Of a stretch of 64,000 nucleotides of DNA, positions 34,701 through 45,900 are shown one piece after another (positions within the stretch are counted from its first letter, which is position 1; each line of letters opens with the position of its first letter). The stretch comes from Phoronis australis. Taxonomy: Eukaryota > Animalia > Phoronida. The translations under genes and the position numbers were made by a program. The stretch lies in assembly GCA_002633005.1 (NCBI GenBank), contig NMRA01000019.1:708343-772342 (forward strand). The letters run 5' to 3'. The notes under the pieces were generated by a model, which was given only the letters and a program-made list of their open reading frames with translations, had not been told where the DNA came from and searched no databases.

Positions 34701-37700
34701 CATAAGCCTCTCTTACACAAGTTGCTATGTACGCCCAGTCAACACGGACACCTGGACAATTCAATCACACCATTGCGCAGGAAAATATACCAAAAACAAT
34801 TACTTTATCTGTATCACTTGCGCCACTTTTAGCTTTCTTGACATTGTCCTCATCGTCTGTCTCCCATTTTCTTTTTCCATCCCTAGCAGACATCACTAAA
34901 CTGGGTGGCTGGAATTTTTCAAGAATTCTTTGTAAGGTTTTTGTCGCCTTGGTGATATACTGCCTCAGCATTGGAAGAGCTGCAGTAAAAAATAACCATA
35001 GAGTCATCCTTAAGTAACATATAAAATTTCAATTGAAACAGGCATGCATCACATCAATAATCACCACCAGTTTTAGAATACAGAATTTTGCTATAAGACA
35101 GTGAGAGGAAAGCAGAGCTTTTCTGAAGACCCACAATTTAGGCAAAAAACAGCGCGCGATCAGTTTTTACTTTTTTTTTAATGTTTATTACGAAATCTTC
35201 AGAATACAATGAATATACATAACCCAGAAAGCGCCAAGAGGCATTAGATCTGGGTAAAAAAATACAAAGAAGTCTATATACAATGATTATATACAAATAC
35301 ATAAATAAAAAAACTGATGTTAAGAATACAATGATATATGACAACGAATGAAAATAATTTATTTTCATACAGATGTATAAAATTCTATCCACTCACACAG
35401 AGATTTAATGTTATAAAGAAATTCTGATACTATTTTAAATAAAACCATATTTTCGTTTGAGTTAAGTTCTTGACATCCATATAGAAAGAAATTAATTTTG
35501 TTGTACAATTGCGGAATTTCAGAGAATTTTTTATAAACATTGGGGTATTGTTCGAGTGCCTGGAAGAGCTGTACCCTCTCCTCCTTGCATACCTCACAAG
35601 CAAAGAAAACATGAGGATATGTCTGGTTATCTCCACAGGAACACAGAGCCGAAATATTATTAAAATTATGTCTAAATTTCTCGTTGTTTAGGAATAGACC
35701 ACATCTTGATCTGTATAGGGTTATTTCATGGTTGCGGAGAAGTTGAAATGATGTCAATGGGACTGGCAAGTCTGGAGTAGTGGTATGCATTTTAAAGTTA
35801 TTTTTGAGAGTGACGATTGAAGTGCTTTCTTTTATTTTGAATGGTAAGGAATTCCAGTTGTCNNNNNNNNNNNNNNNNNNNNNNNNNNNNNNNNNNNNNN
35901 NNNNNNNNNNNNNNNNNNNNNNNNNNNNNNNNNNNNNNNNNNNNNNNNNNNNNNNNNNNNNNNNNNNNNNNNNNNNNNNNNNNNNNNNNNNNNNNNNNNN
36001 NNNNNNNNNNNNNNNNNNNNNNNNNNNNNNNNNNNNNNNNNNNNNNNNNNNNNNNNNNNNNNNNNNNNNNNNNNNNNNNNNNNNNNNNNNNNNNNNNNNN
36101 NNNNNNNNNNNNNNNNNNNNNNNNNNNNNNNNNNNNNNNNNNNNNNNNNATAATGTTGTCAGAGGAAGTGTAAGCTCTCTTGCTATTATCTTGATCATTT
36201 TATTGGTTATGAGATTGGTACCGTCGTTTTTGTTTTCGTCAATGTTTTCTAGTAGTTTTCTGACTTCAGATGGTTGGGCTTCTATGTAAGAGAGGTGTTC
36301 TAATGTACTGTTTGGGAATTCTGGATAGTTTATTGTTGGTGCAATGTGACTCTTGGCAGTGAAGTAGTCTAGAAATAAGATACTTTTATCGGCTTTGGAT
36401 GACGCCTGAGAGTTGGATTCCTTTGAGTGGATGGTAGGGTATGATGATTGCTTTACCTGTCCTCGAATTTTGTTTACTATATCCCAATATTCCTTAGAAT
36501 TTTTGGAGACATTTTTGATATTGGATCAGTTTTTACTCATAACGTAGTCATATCAAACACATGTGATGTAGCCTTGTTTTCCAGTTAACACCTGATGACA
36601 CCAAAGATAAAGCTACAAGTTCAAGTATGAACTAAATATCTTGAGTTTGAACTCAAATTTAAAGCCTGAATTTAGGTGTCATCAAGAGTGAACTTGGACT
36701 GGACAACAGGGACATTTCCGGGCCGCACCTTTACGCCATTAAAAAAATAAAAAGGCACGAGTACATTGCAGCAGTGCGCCCCCAAGGCGCATCTTTTAAA
36801 ATGCAACACTCTTCCAAAATGCAAGATTCTACTCAGCTTAAAGCCAGTGTGTTCTTATTTTGTCACAGCTGAACAGTCTGCTTGAAGTCTTCGTCAGACT
36901 GGCTGCTTTTTTGAATGGAATTTTTAAATAAAAACACAACTTTTACATGAACATGACTCTGTTCTTATTTCCGTTGCCCTTGGGGTTTCTGTTTCATGTG
37001 CTACCACTTTAATTACACTAAGTATGCTAGGCACAACTTTTTGAAAAAAGGCACACTTTTTATCATCAAGTGCGCCCAAAGGGCACAGGTTGAAATCTGG
37101 TCATGAATATTCCTGGGACAATCACCTGCATAAACCATAATTAAAGACACTTACCTTGAGTTCATACTAAAGTGAAAAAATACCATACCAGTCAAGAGTT
37201 TGAGTATGGAGATTTCACACTTAAGTTGAAAATATCACATAAGTTCGAGTATGGAGAATTTTGTTTCAGGCAGCCGTGAAGTCAACGGGGTGTGAGGGGA
37301 CATGATTCTTTACGTTGTCAGCCAATGAATGCTCCCTTCTCAGAAAAAGTTAATTTTTATGAGCCATGTTATGGTGTTTAAACATCAACTTTTTCATGGG
37401 CATATTACGTAGCAGTTTGAAAACAGTCGCAGGTCATTGCATTCTGAAATTGGTAAATAAATAGCTAAATTTTTCTCATGGCAAAACTAAATCACCAAGA
37501 CAAGCAGTTTGCAGTGCCTGATCTTAAACAGTAACCACCTGTCTGTTTTCTCAAGCCTGAATCCATTTCAAATTTTAGTATGGAACAAGACAACATCGAT
37601 TTTACAATAACATAGTACAAGTAAGTGGCCTAAATTAAAAGTTGCTTTTGGGCAGGTGTGGTCCTGTGCCCCCACAAACTATGCATGCTTTATGACTATG

Positions 37701-38603
37701 CATAGGCAGCGCCATAGGGGGCCGGGGCTATAGCGCCCCACTTTTTTCAGTGCTACGCCGCACATGGTCTATAGGCTGTGCACCACAGGCTGAGGGGGCT
37801 TTAATCCCCCCCCCCCCCCCCCACTTTTTTCAGTGCTGCGCCGTCCATGCTATGTTGTTTTTACAATTTATATTCAAAACAATCGAGTTCAGACATGCGA
37901 AGAATGATTTGCGCCAACTGGTCTTATGAATTTCTAACCAGCCTTTGGACTATTATTCGATAAATGCAAACCTTTTCCGAAGACCTCCGTTAAGCTGCCC
38001 CAATCGACAACTGAACAAAGGGTTGTTCAAAAAAAGTTTGATTGCGGGAAATTTGTTCGAGCTGGGAAGACTCATCAATGGCCTTCTAAGGTGTCTCTCT
38101 ATGCACAAAAGGTATTTATAGCACCAAGACTTTGCATGAGTGTGAGTCATAATTCGCTGAAAAGTTTCCGGCGTATGGCAGCCCTCCGGCTATACCTACT
38201 AGTATGGGATGGCCACAGTCATAAACTGCTATTCAAAAGTGCTGGCTTTGCTTGCAGTTTTTGCAAGCGGCAATTGTTAAAGAAATTTGTCGAAATGCAG
38301 AATGTGCGACTTTCACAAAAAATGACCATCCTCTGTTCTGTTCATGTTTCCTGCACAAGAATTAGCAACTCAAAATTAAAGAAATTTGTCGATAAAAAAG
38401 ACCAGCTTCAAAATGGTGACTTCAACATCTGTTTCCAGTTCCACCAGAGTAAGATCTCGTGGGTCGGTCTTGTTTCTAAATCAACCAATGGCATTCAAGT
38501 ACAAACTACGCCATTAGGTTAACTGTTGACATCCTTTCAAAAATCACAACATCAACTTACGGCAGTATAACACAGTGACAAGATGGCGATGAGAACGAGG
38601 CAT
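10783..38603 (-). CDS. PUS1: tRNA pseudouridine synthase 1 (TruA family, PUS1)
   Basis: Phase-consistent exons (-): 38603-38561 (putative first), 34979-34804, 34097-34024, 33284-33185, 32015-31877, 31240-31140, 20111-20005, 19139-19000, 17878-17808, 17549-17505, 14722-14648, 14039-13969, 11489-11363, 10899-10783 (TAA). Motifs: [31 protein letters not shown] (catalytic Asp), [45 protein letters not shown]. First and last exon choices are less certain. Confidence 0.95.
11493..11599. repeat. 14-bp tandem repeat tagccatg(t/a)taagg, 7 full copies plus a partial, carrying the U12 branch motif
   Basis: Units start at 11493, 11507, 11521, 11535, 11549, 11563, 11577 and 11591 (partial). The minus-strand unit is ccttaacatggcta. 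Confidence 0.95.
12021..13130. mobile_element. Non-autonomous TIR element (PIF/Harbinger-like MITE) interrupted by a piggyBac
   Basis: Ends gggcctttcata / tatgaaagggcc form an imperfect inverted repeat. The internal motifs tatgaacgcttaactccggtcc and cgtcgacgc recur on both sides of the nested insertion. Confidence 0.65.
12147..12742. mobile_element. Non-autonomous piggyBac element (596 bp)
   Basis: TTAA target duplication at 12143-12146 and 12743-12746; perfect 12-bp TIR CCCTTATCCTGC / GCAGGATAAGGG. Confidence 0.88.
13441..13560 (-). mobile_element. tRNA-derived SINE copy
   Basis: Shares the body aagtctgatctgcacgccacctgttggccacatcacgtgacc...ataagtctgaaaa with copies at 18675, 26218 and 28766; degenerate B box. 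Confidence 0.7.
14148..14576. repeat. 27-bp minisatellite (tgtctgtgttcatgtcgtttcaattat)n, about 16 copies
   Basis: Fills most of the PUS1 intron 14040-14647; explains the spurious ORF with QLLSVFMSF repeats. Confidence 0.95.
16229..17230 (-). mobile_element. Degenerate THAP-domain DNA transposon relic (Kolobok-like; ends approximate)
   Basis: ORF 17055-16771, MRCMVPAF...[20 protein letters not shown]...[13 protein letters not shown], is a THAP zinc finger with two Cys ligands lost. The right end gcattcgcct|ttaa resembles a Kolobok terminus with TTAA. Confidence 0.65.
17975..18222. repeat. 53-bp minisatellite, about 4.7 copies
   Basis: ccaattgtacagcctggtctcaagcaataacaagctgttgtttctgtccaag units at about 17975, 18028, 18081, 18134 and 18187. 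Confidence 0.95.
18675..18826 (-). mobile_element. tRNA-derived SINE copy
   Basis: The minus strand reads an A-box-like tgacttagtgg and B box GGGTTCGAGTCCC, followed by the shared SINE body. Confidence 0.75.
22274..24109 (+). CDS. Leucine-rich-repeat type I transmembrane protein (611 aa) with intronless CDS, nested antisense in a PUS1 intron
   Basis: Intact ORF with an N-terminal signal peptide ([18 protein letters not shown]...), about 11 LRRs of 24 aa (LxxLxLxxNxI), a T/P-rich stalk, a TM helix [25 protein letters not shown] and an approximately 215-aa cytoplasmic tail ending ETTSL. A splice acceptor ttttcag ends at 22269, just before the ATG, implying 5' UTR exon(s); candidate donor at 21808. 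Confidence 0.92.
   Translation: MTALLPYLVVLAGVFYSFKNTATALDCLLLNGTITSQQRDTILAQYWTPQIQSIAIEGCQPPIKNIENHAFTSLTDIRVSSLSIRNNSVESLGKETFDGLINITRLDLSLNAISYIEGGTFRHLPRLKHLFLQQNLLTTTSYATFYGLTQLQQLDLNNNRLRILGIDTFYQPRNLIDLRIAFNNIHYIPPSLFSTLAKLKSLEMNHNKLSVVSNVDFHSLMQLRYLLLHNNDIGRIAENTFSYLHKLEQIHLNSNKIQEIRSSTFHGLSALKALFLQHNQIHSIAKDALREMTKLKRLDLSSNSLSDLSLSIGSLKSLQQLDISEQNTNTDVGGVTVEPTNNDLKTTRSNPPTPRINPVQQTDVTASGSTIAVIIGATCAVLAAIVLMVTIYCVCKGLYSSSKLVVQTKHTKRPMEYLEHPMYLPKVSSNGSNGSLDNTNTFQVQRSKKVNHVTSNPDKVAVVSGVLRSNNNKSEDLEYGSSDMRVEQIDDNCTKQLHDANAFYYNTAFEGDEKQDDSFSFPKEQDSQMSVKLSDDYQLGTLDIGSNNTLEKKMMTRLPGQEHMDVSLPPALFVSEDSIDVKLSEEDEDVSPYAIFKPNTGSDPSLETTSL
24240..24494. mobile_element. About 255-bp MITE (Harbinger-like termini) just 3' of the LRR gene
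   Basis: Left end gggcccgttccaagaaaactgactt versus right end aagtcagtttcttggaatggacc (inverted); internal cttaag repeats. Confidence 0.75.
24630..25315 (+). mobile_element. Second THAP-type DNA transposon relic (ends uncertain)
   Basis: The 24950-25100 frame reads [19 protein letters not shown]...[13 protein letters not shown], the N-terminal half of a THAP domain (CxxxxC...F-x-F-P-like), and is then truncated. Confidence 0.5.
26218..26345 (+). mobile_element. tRNA-derived SINE copy (3' deleted)
   Basis: A-box-like gactcagtga, B box GGTTCAAGTCC at 26278-26288, then the shared body. Confidence 0.72.
28766..28917 (+). mobile_element. tRNA-derived SINE copy (in the second duplicate)
   Basis: Same as the 26218 copy but retains the 3' body ggtgacatgcagatctgactta. 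Confidence 0.72.
35330..36530 (-). mobile_element. Non-LTR retrotransposon (LINE, CR1/jockey-type) ORF2 remnant spanning an assembly gap
   Basis: Pre-RT motif [24 protein letters not shown], then the N gap, then WNSLP..IKESTS...LYRSRCG..LN...[16 protein letters not shown]...LYG...LNSNEN, the typical C-terminal zinc-finger region of LINE ORF2. Confidence 0.8.
37702..37850 (+). repeat. Short GC-rich interspersed repeat (tandem pair); related copies at 46460-46540 (+) and 47340-47432 (-)
   Basis: The motif ccccacttttttcagtgct(a/g)cgccg...catg is shared across three loci. Confidence 0.7.
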
Positions 38604-39425
38604 TTATGAGGAAAATGTTGACAGGTTTGCATACTGCCGACTTCTTTCATTAAATGACTTTCCGTTCTGGTTAGGATCTGGTAACTGGTACTGTATTTTG
38701 CTTCATTCAGGCCTTGCAACGACCATAGGTACGAATTTAATTTGCAATGTGTAGGAAAGATTATGTTTCACGGTTTAACAACCTTGTGGAGCATGTCTGT
38801 AAATACTTATTTATAGACGACGGGTTAGTGTCTAGATGACCACCGACCGTGGCCGTGGGCCAGTTGAAACGGTGGCTGTCAACATAGACATGATCATAGT
38901 TCAATCCACTGAATAACGTGCCTAGTTCTCTAAATAAGGAAACTCTACGTCCGACCAGTGTCCACATGATTTCATATAATTTGTACTGCACTTACCAAAA
39001 ACTAACTAAAAAGTCTTAAAATACACAAAAACACAAGTCGCGTTTCATCCTATGGAGGCTGTCATGATAATCGTGCATTCTGGGTAATGTGCTTGTGGCT
39101 TCCTTTCGCAGACCGCAGACGGAGGAAGCTAATGTTAGCGTCTTTGCTGTACATAAACAAATAAGCTGCCGAAAAAGGCAACCATTCACATCACAGGCAG
39201 GCGTAGGCCTGTTAGAGGGGAGGGAGCAGAATTATAGTTGTCACAGGATTCGGGAAACATTTTCATGTTTTGCAGAACCAGAAATAGAAATTCTCTTTTT
39301 CACGCTTTAGTATGTTCAGTTATTCAGTTATCTGGTGTCAGGCTGCCGACGCCGGGGTATGTCAAAGACGCGGACTCAACTTGGCGACCGGGCTGTGGAC
39401 GGTTCGCGCAAAGGCTTGACATTAT

Positions 39426-39570
39426 CATGCGCGCACTCGGAAGAGGGGGCTCGGAGGGCTCGAACGAGCCCCCCAATTNCCCCCCATCTGGCGAAGTGGC
39501 CAAAGGTCCACCCCTCAGAGGAACAAAAGTCCGAGCAAACGAGATAAAAGTCCAAAGGTGCAAACGCACA
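39426..39570 (+). repeat. Short interspersed repeat; second copy at 63193-63320
   Basis: catgcgcg.actc...cgaacgagccccc...tggcgaagtgg.caaa.g.ccac...aacaaaa.tccga is shared by both loci. Confidence 0.75.
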
Positions 39571-41925
39571 ATTCACAGCACGTACATCTCCGATCGTGGT
39601 ACTGTTTTTATTTTCTTTTTTTAGTTGACCGAACCGACTATTTATCAGTGTTAGTAAAAGGTAAACATCGCCAGGAATTCGAGCTTCGAACTTACAACTC
39701 AGTGGCATAAGTTGCGGTACTTGTATGCTCTTGTCAGTAAAGTGAGTCTAAGAATTGGCCGAAACTGACTTTGTGTGCATTGGATTCTTAAAGTAACCAA
39801 TGCAATTATATATCAGGCCTACACAGCATGGTGTGACCATGGTACGGCGAGTACCTATGGTGTCACTGAGTTCGGCACTGCCTGGCACTAGCTGCGCGCC
39901 CGGCTTTAAATCATAACAGTGTGAGTAATGTCCTTTAAAAGAACATTACGTCGCTACAAAACGCATTTACGGTCTCATAATATTCCTTATGAAGCATGAT
40001 ACATATATTTCGTTTCCCGGCAACAAGAACCGTTCGAAACCACGATCAGTGATTTTACTCGGCGGTTGCTCAACCTTCAGTAAAGTTGACTGAAAATGAA
40101 AATTTGTTCGCGCCTATCCAGTGGCTGTTTTGGCCAGTTCATTTGGCAACATGTGATCATGTTTCTAAACTCCAAAGGGCTTCAGTTATGAATTCAAACA
40201 TGGATAGCTAAACCAACAACAAAATATAAGTTCTTTTCTTTATTATCAGGCGTCAAAGTTGTAGAGTGCATTTGTGTTTTTCGTTTGTAGAAGTAATATT
40301 GACATGATGTATTCCTGCATTAACCTCAAAAGTCTTATATATGATTAATTTTTGTCCTGTTCTTTTTTAACTTTTGTATTCGTTCAGTAGTCGCTCGGAC
40401 TGTTCTTCATTTTTATGGCTAGTATTGTAATATTTTCAAAACTGACTCTAAATTAACGAAATAAAGTTATTGCATTAAAGTATATTTTATTGGGCAAAAA
40501 TGTGAGCTGACGGCGGAGCTCGACAAGAATGTCAGTGCGTGCTGCCACTATGGCATCAAAAGAGATTTACTGAAATTTACCGACAGTCAAGAATTTCGAA
40601 GTGCAGATGTACCAAAGAGCATGCGTGCCAGGTCAAAACCAGGCAAGAAAAATGCCAGCTTACCGCGTTTTGCTTAAAATTCAACAGTATATCGGCGGAG
40701 GACGGATTAGTAAAGATCAAACCATCACCTGTAAATACCTACCGGAAGTATGTATGATTTTATGCCCAGTGCCTATGGTTTAATGAAGTAACGACAAACC
40801 CGGGCATAGATTTTTATAACGCATTATTATGTTGACCCACAGATTTAAATTAAATATTCAAAATTTTTATCCTATTGAAATAATAGTACTAACTGACAAG
40901 TACGGTTTAAACTTTGTGGAAAAATTACAACACACTGAAGTTTAAGTCTGCCACTTGAAAAAAATAACGTATTTGTGTTCATTTGATTTTTTATTGTTAA
41001 GTTTGGAGTCTCCATAGTTAGGTCTGTTAAACTGATGAAAGGTCATTATTTATCCGGAAACTAAGATAGGCCCGATCAGCACACTTAGCGATACTTAAGT
41101 TTGCCTGAAGAATCCAGACAATACCAATATTTCGTTTCAAGATGATAACTGATAATGACCGTGTGACACGGCTGTCAGGAGTAACTGACATTTTGTCATC
41201 CGTGTACACTTCAGGTGTAACGGATTACAGGTACCTATTTTCACGGAAAGCCCCAACCCGCAACCGTATGACGTAGCCCCTAAGAATTCTGCGGTTTTCA
41301 AAATACAAGTTCTAAAATTGTAAAAGCTTAACGCCAGAATTCACACAAAAATGCCTAAATTTTGAAAACGGGAGATAGTCCTCCGTGTGTGTTCAACGAA
41401 AGGCATAGCTGACTGTCGTTTTTTATCCCGCCGGACGGACTTAAAGTTAGTTATTTCTCCGCATACCTACGGATAGCGCCTCAGTGAATACGGACAACAA
41501 CTTCGGATTACAAGGAAAATGAAAAATCTTGAAAGCCAATGACCCAGAATTTCGGAAAGTTGAAATGTAATATATGTGATAGCGCTCAGCATAGTTTATT
41601 TACTTGTTGTACACCAATTCGTTTACAAATGGTTTCCGATTTACTCGTTTGTGCATCAATGAAATCCAGGAAATATAACTAAACACAATTCTTTAGGAAA
41701 TTGACCTTTCAGGGAGTTTTGACATTTGTTGACAGAAAATCCAGTAAATCAATTCACCACTGCATGCAGATATGATCAAATTTTTAATTTTAAGAATGGT
41801 TCTAATCTTTACCTACAGCCCTGGTTGCTAAACTGATTTCACCAGATGTGCTTCATATCATTAAGGACATCCTTTTACAAGAATTTCGCACAAACACACA
41901 GGAGATACAATCTCAATACAAAACC

Positions 41926-41931
41926 TTTATT
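41926..41931 (-). terminator. Candidate PIGS poly(A) signal
   Basis: tttatt (AATAAA on -) about 1 kb downstream of the PIGS stop. Confidence 0.4.
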
Positions 41932-42931
41932 GTTTCACAAAATAAAACACAAACAAAACAATCTCAATCAAAGACGTGCACTAAAAGAACAGAGTCTCAA
42001 AACAATTCAACAAGAGGTGTGGCCGTTGAAAATTCACAGTAAAACTGTGCTGACCTTCAGAGAAACTCAACTTACGTTTGACCAATAAATTGCCATGTTG
42101 ACCATGAACTGCATGACATCTAACACGACATCTAACACTCCGATTAGAGTACACAGACAAGGGGTCTTGCTCATGGAAACTGACTGAAGACTTAAGTGAG
42201 ATATTTACTCAAGTGGGATATTTGATCTTGCACTCCACACAACTACAGAAATAGACAAAAGTGACAGACAAAATACCATTTTTCCTGTCAGGACGGCTTG
42301 TCTGCAAAATAAGTGCTACTAACTCTCAGGGCTGCAAAATTCTAATAACAAAATGATTAACCACCTTATAAACTTTCCTATTAATTCCCTTTCATTCTCT
42401 GTAAAGAAGGAAAGCTACTAGGGCAACAAATTCGCCTCCCGCACCCAGCAGTCACGGCAAGGAATTCCAGGTCATTTTGTGTGAAAACCATTGGCTTGTG
42501 CTGTATTTCAGAAAAAATAATTAAATCTCACTCGACTGAAAGCGCAAAGACTCTGAGAACATACACATAACTGCTAGTTATTTCTAGGCTGTGATCATAA
42601 TTGTTCGGTTAAACTTTCTTGGTTACTTCTGAAGTGGGAGCCCAAAATCAAATTTCTGTGGTAAGTCTTCAGTCACTTCATGCAGCAGACCCATGATATC
42701 AATAAGGAAAAGTGAACAAGGGCTGGGAGACTGGTCCACCATCAAGACCAAATAAGAAAGCACAGACGTCAAGTCAGAGAAAAATGATTGACGTGCACTC
42801 CCCGTGGACAGGTCCGTGTACGCCAAGCCTTGCTTACAAGTGATATAACTGAATCTTCTCCTTAGATACATCTTTTTAGTCTTGCAACGCTTCTTTCAAG
42901 CCGAGATGATGCCACTTAGTTCACTACACAA

Positions 42932-45900
42932 CTAATTCCACAAAGTCCCTTCTCTGCGTGCCTTCCTTAAGTGAGCTATTGCACTTTTTGCGGACAGCAA
43001 CACTGGTAAACTGATGGGAAGGAACAGGGGTATGTAGATAGCGAACCTGGAAAACACATGTATTATACAATATTGGGAGAGGCCATGATCATAAGAGAGT
43101 GGGCAGGGGCTCTCTCACACGAGGAGTTGTGGGGATAAGCCACTAACTGGAGAGGATATTTTGTCCCTTCCAGAATTGTCTCAGGTATTTTGCCCTCTCA
43201 GGTATTATCTCAATGTTTAGTGGTATTAATGGCACCCCCCCCCCCAAATAGTGCGATATTGGCAGTTTGATTGACACTAGATGGCAGCAAAATACAGTGG
43301 CTAAAACTGCCACTTTCAACAAATTACCCTGCATTGTCACAAAACTTAAGCCAGCCTACTTTATGGTGCTATCGTTATTATGACCATTTAATCTCCTTCA
43401 AACGAAGAGCACCAAAAGATGTTAAATAAGTTTATCTAGGACCTTTATCCATAAGCCTGTGAATTCAGCCAAACATGTAACAATGATACAATTTAAGCCA
43501 ACAAAAATACGTAATTTCTCAAAAAAGTAAGCCTGAAAAATTTGAATTTTGACTTATGTCAACCTGCCATTGATTGGAACACGTGACCTTTAGCAAAAAA
43601 AGTACAACCATAGGAAAACAATGGTAACGATAATATGACAAAATTCTGTTTGTTCCCCGATGAAATCTCAAAAACTCTATAAATCAGTCTTCTATGTTAT
43701 CACTTCATTTTCATTTTAATTTAAGCAACTTTTGATTTTTCCCTAAAATAACAGAAGTTCTTAACTTTGACAGCTCCTCATGCAAAAGTGGATCAATCGT
43801 TAGCCACATTTCTGAATATTTTTCTAGGGTCCAACATGCTTTTGTCATTTTGGCATAACATGACCAGTTTGAGTGATAACACAAAATTCTTAATATATTC
43901 ATCACCGCAAACTGGAAATTTCAACATACTTTTGGTCCTCTGGAAAGTACAGCAACTCAAGCAAGGATGGATCAAAGAAAGCCTTCTCCGCAGCAGCAAT
44001 AGCCGACTGGGACGAGTGGTAAGCATTGATGAACAGTCCTTTCTGAAGATAACCTTCACACTCATGAATACTTTGGACTGCCTTCATCACCTGCAGGAAA
44101 ACAGATATGTATAGCAATACTTGGAAACATCCAAAAGGATCAAGGATAGGTGAAATGAAACTAATTTGATGCAATTTTACCTGAATTCAACGAATATCTT
44201 CCTTCATGTACAACTCTTACATGTCATGACAGACTAAACACAGTTGCTTATATTCAAACATTTCTGTATACAAGTTTAAATCACCTCAAATGCTTTTACC
44301 GCTCAATTCTAAACGCACAATGATTAACGTCAGTATTAAAATCTGTTTGCCTAAATGAAGTTGTCAAGAGCAGTTTGCGTTTCTGTTGTGTTTGTGTTGC
44401 ATTAAACCTTGATATCAAGAAGGTGCCTTAATGATCAAAGTAGGATGCTGCAAAATGGGTACACCAGGAACGGACAACAAAGGATCCATGGCAGTTGGTC
44501 TTTAGCTATTTGATGCATTGAATGTATCACATACTACAGAATTATTTGTGGACATGGGAGGTAATACATTTTGGCCCCAGATAACTACATGGTGGATAAA
44601 TCATGGACAAGTACAAGGCACACACCTGGTGACCAATCTCATCATTGATGACAATGTTTGGAATCTTTTCCAAAAGCTGTGCCAGCGACTTCAGACCCGA
44701 AGAGGCTGTAACTATGTTTTCTACTGTTCGACTACGTAACCAAGAATCAAGCTGCCACAAAGGTAGACTACTATCACCTGGAAAATAAACAGACATGTTT
44801 TGTGAGGAGCCTATTCACTATATGGTGAATCGTGACTGTCACAAGTTAGTTACAAAACTGATAACAGTCCAGTTTTCATTTGTTTGATAGGCAATTTCAC
44901 AACACAAGAACAGCCAAGGCGTAACAATAGCTATCATCTGATGACTCCAGTACTGGAATGTCCAATGTTTTTGTCTTTGACTAGGAACTTCTGAAAACAC
45001 AATGTCACTTAACAGACATTTTATCACGAAATTGCTAATTTGGTTAGCGATGAATGTCATTAACAGAGCAGGTAAGAAGAGAATCAAAACGATAGTCAAG
45101 CTTTCTCACCTGAGCTTATCATATTATCACTATGGTGAGCCTGTAGCCCTAGCAACATCCGTAGCTGTGGTATGAATACCTCCATTAAACTGGTGACATC
45201 CACTTCAACAGCTTTGTTAGCATCCCCACTAGGAAAAGCTGTGTTGTAAATGAACATTCCTCCCCAGCGAGGACTGAAGAAGGCGTTTGTTGTTGAACCC
45301 TGAATCCGAAGAGGCGAGATTTTTTGATGTGGTAAGTATGTGACAAAATGAACAGCTGGATTGCTCGACACATGTGAAGCTAATTTCCCTTCAATTGGAT
45401 TGATCAAATGGGGCAGGTCATTCTGTTGCAAATAATACCCTTCAGAGTCCTTTTGGGCCTGCACAGGCAATGATACGTAGAACAAAATTTCCGATTTGAC
45501 ATCCACGTCTACATATTGACTTAACTGATTGGTTAGTGGAGTTAAATAAGATTCGATTCCCCGCTCAATGTTCCAGTCTACTGTTCTACTTGAAGGGTCA
45601 GGATTAATCAATGTGAATGTTATGTCGTAGGCAGGATGGGAGTGAAAAGCTCTCATGTTTTCTTTTTTGTCAGTCACGGCAAGCTGTCGATTAATGGCAC
45701 GAAAGTAAAGTTTGTCCAACTCGTTTTCATTTACTAACGTCTTCCGTGTCGTTTCAACAACAAGCGGTACAAGAGACACCAGCTCTTTGGGCAACTGCAC
45801 AAAAATGTTTCTGGAAAGCCCAATAGTATACGTGTGTTTGAGAAACTTGAAATCTTTTGGTAGCACATAGAATGTGTATGATTCAAGTTCAGCCTCATCC

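Noticed and set aside
37155-37166. 12-nt micro-exon of PUS1 (tttag|TATGAACTCAAG|gtaagt on -)
   Set aside because: The splice signals are good, but it puts a TGA in the 38603 frame and there is no homology support. It cannot be told from chance without RNA data.
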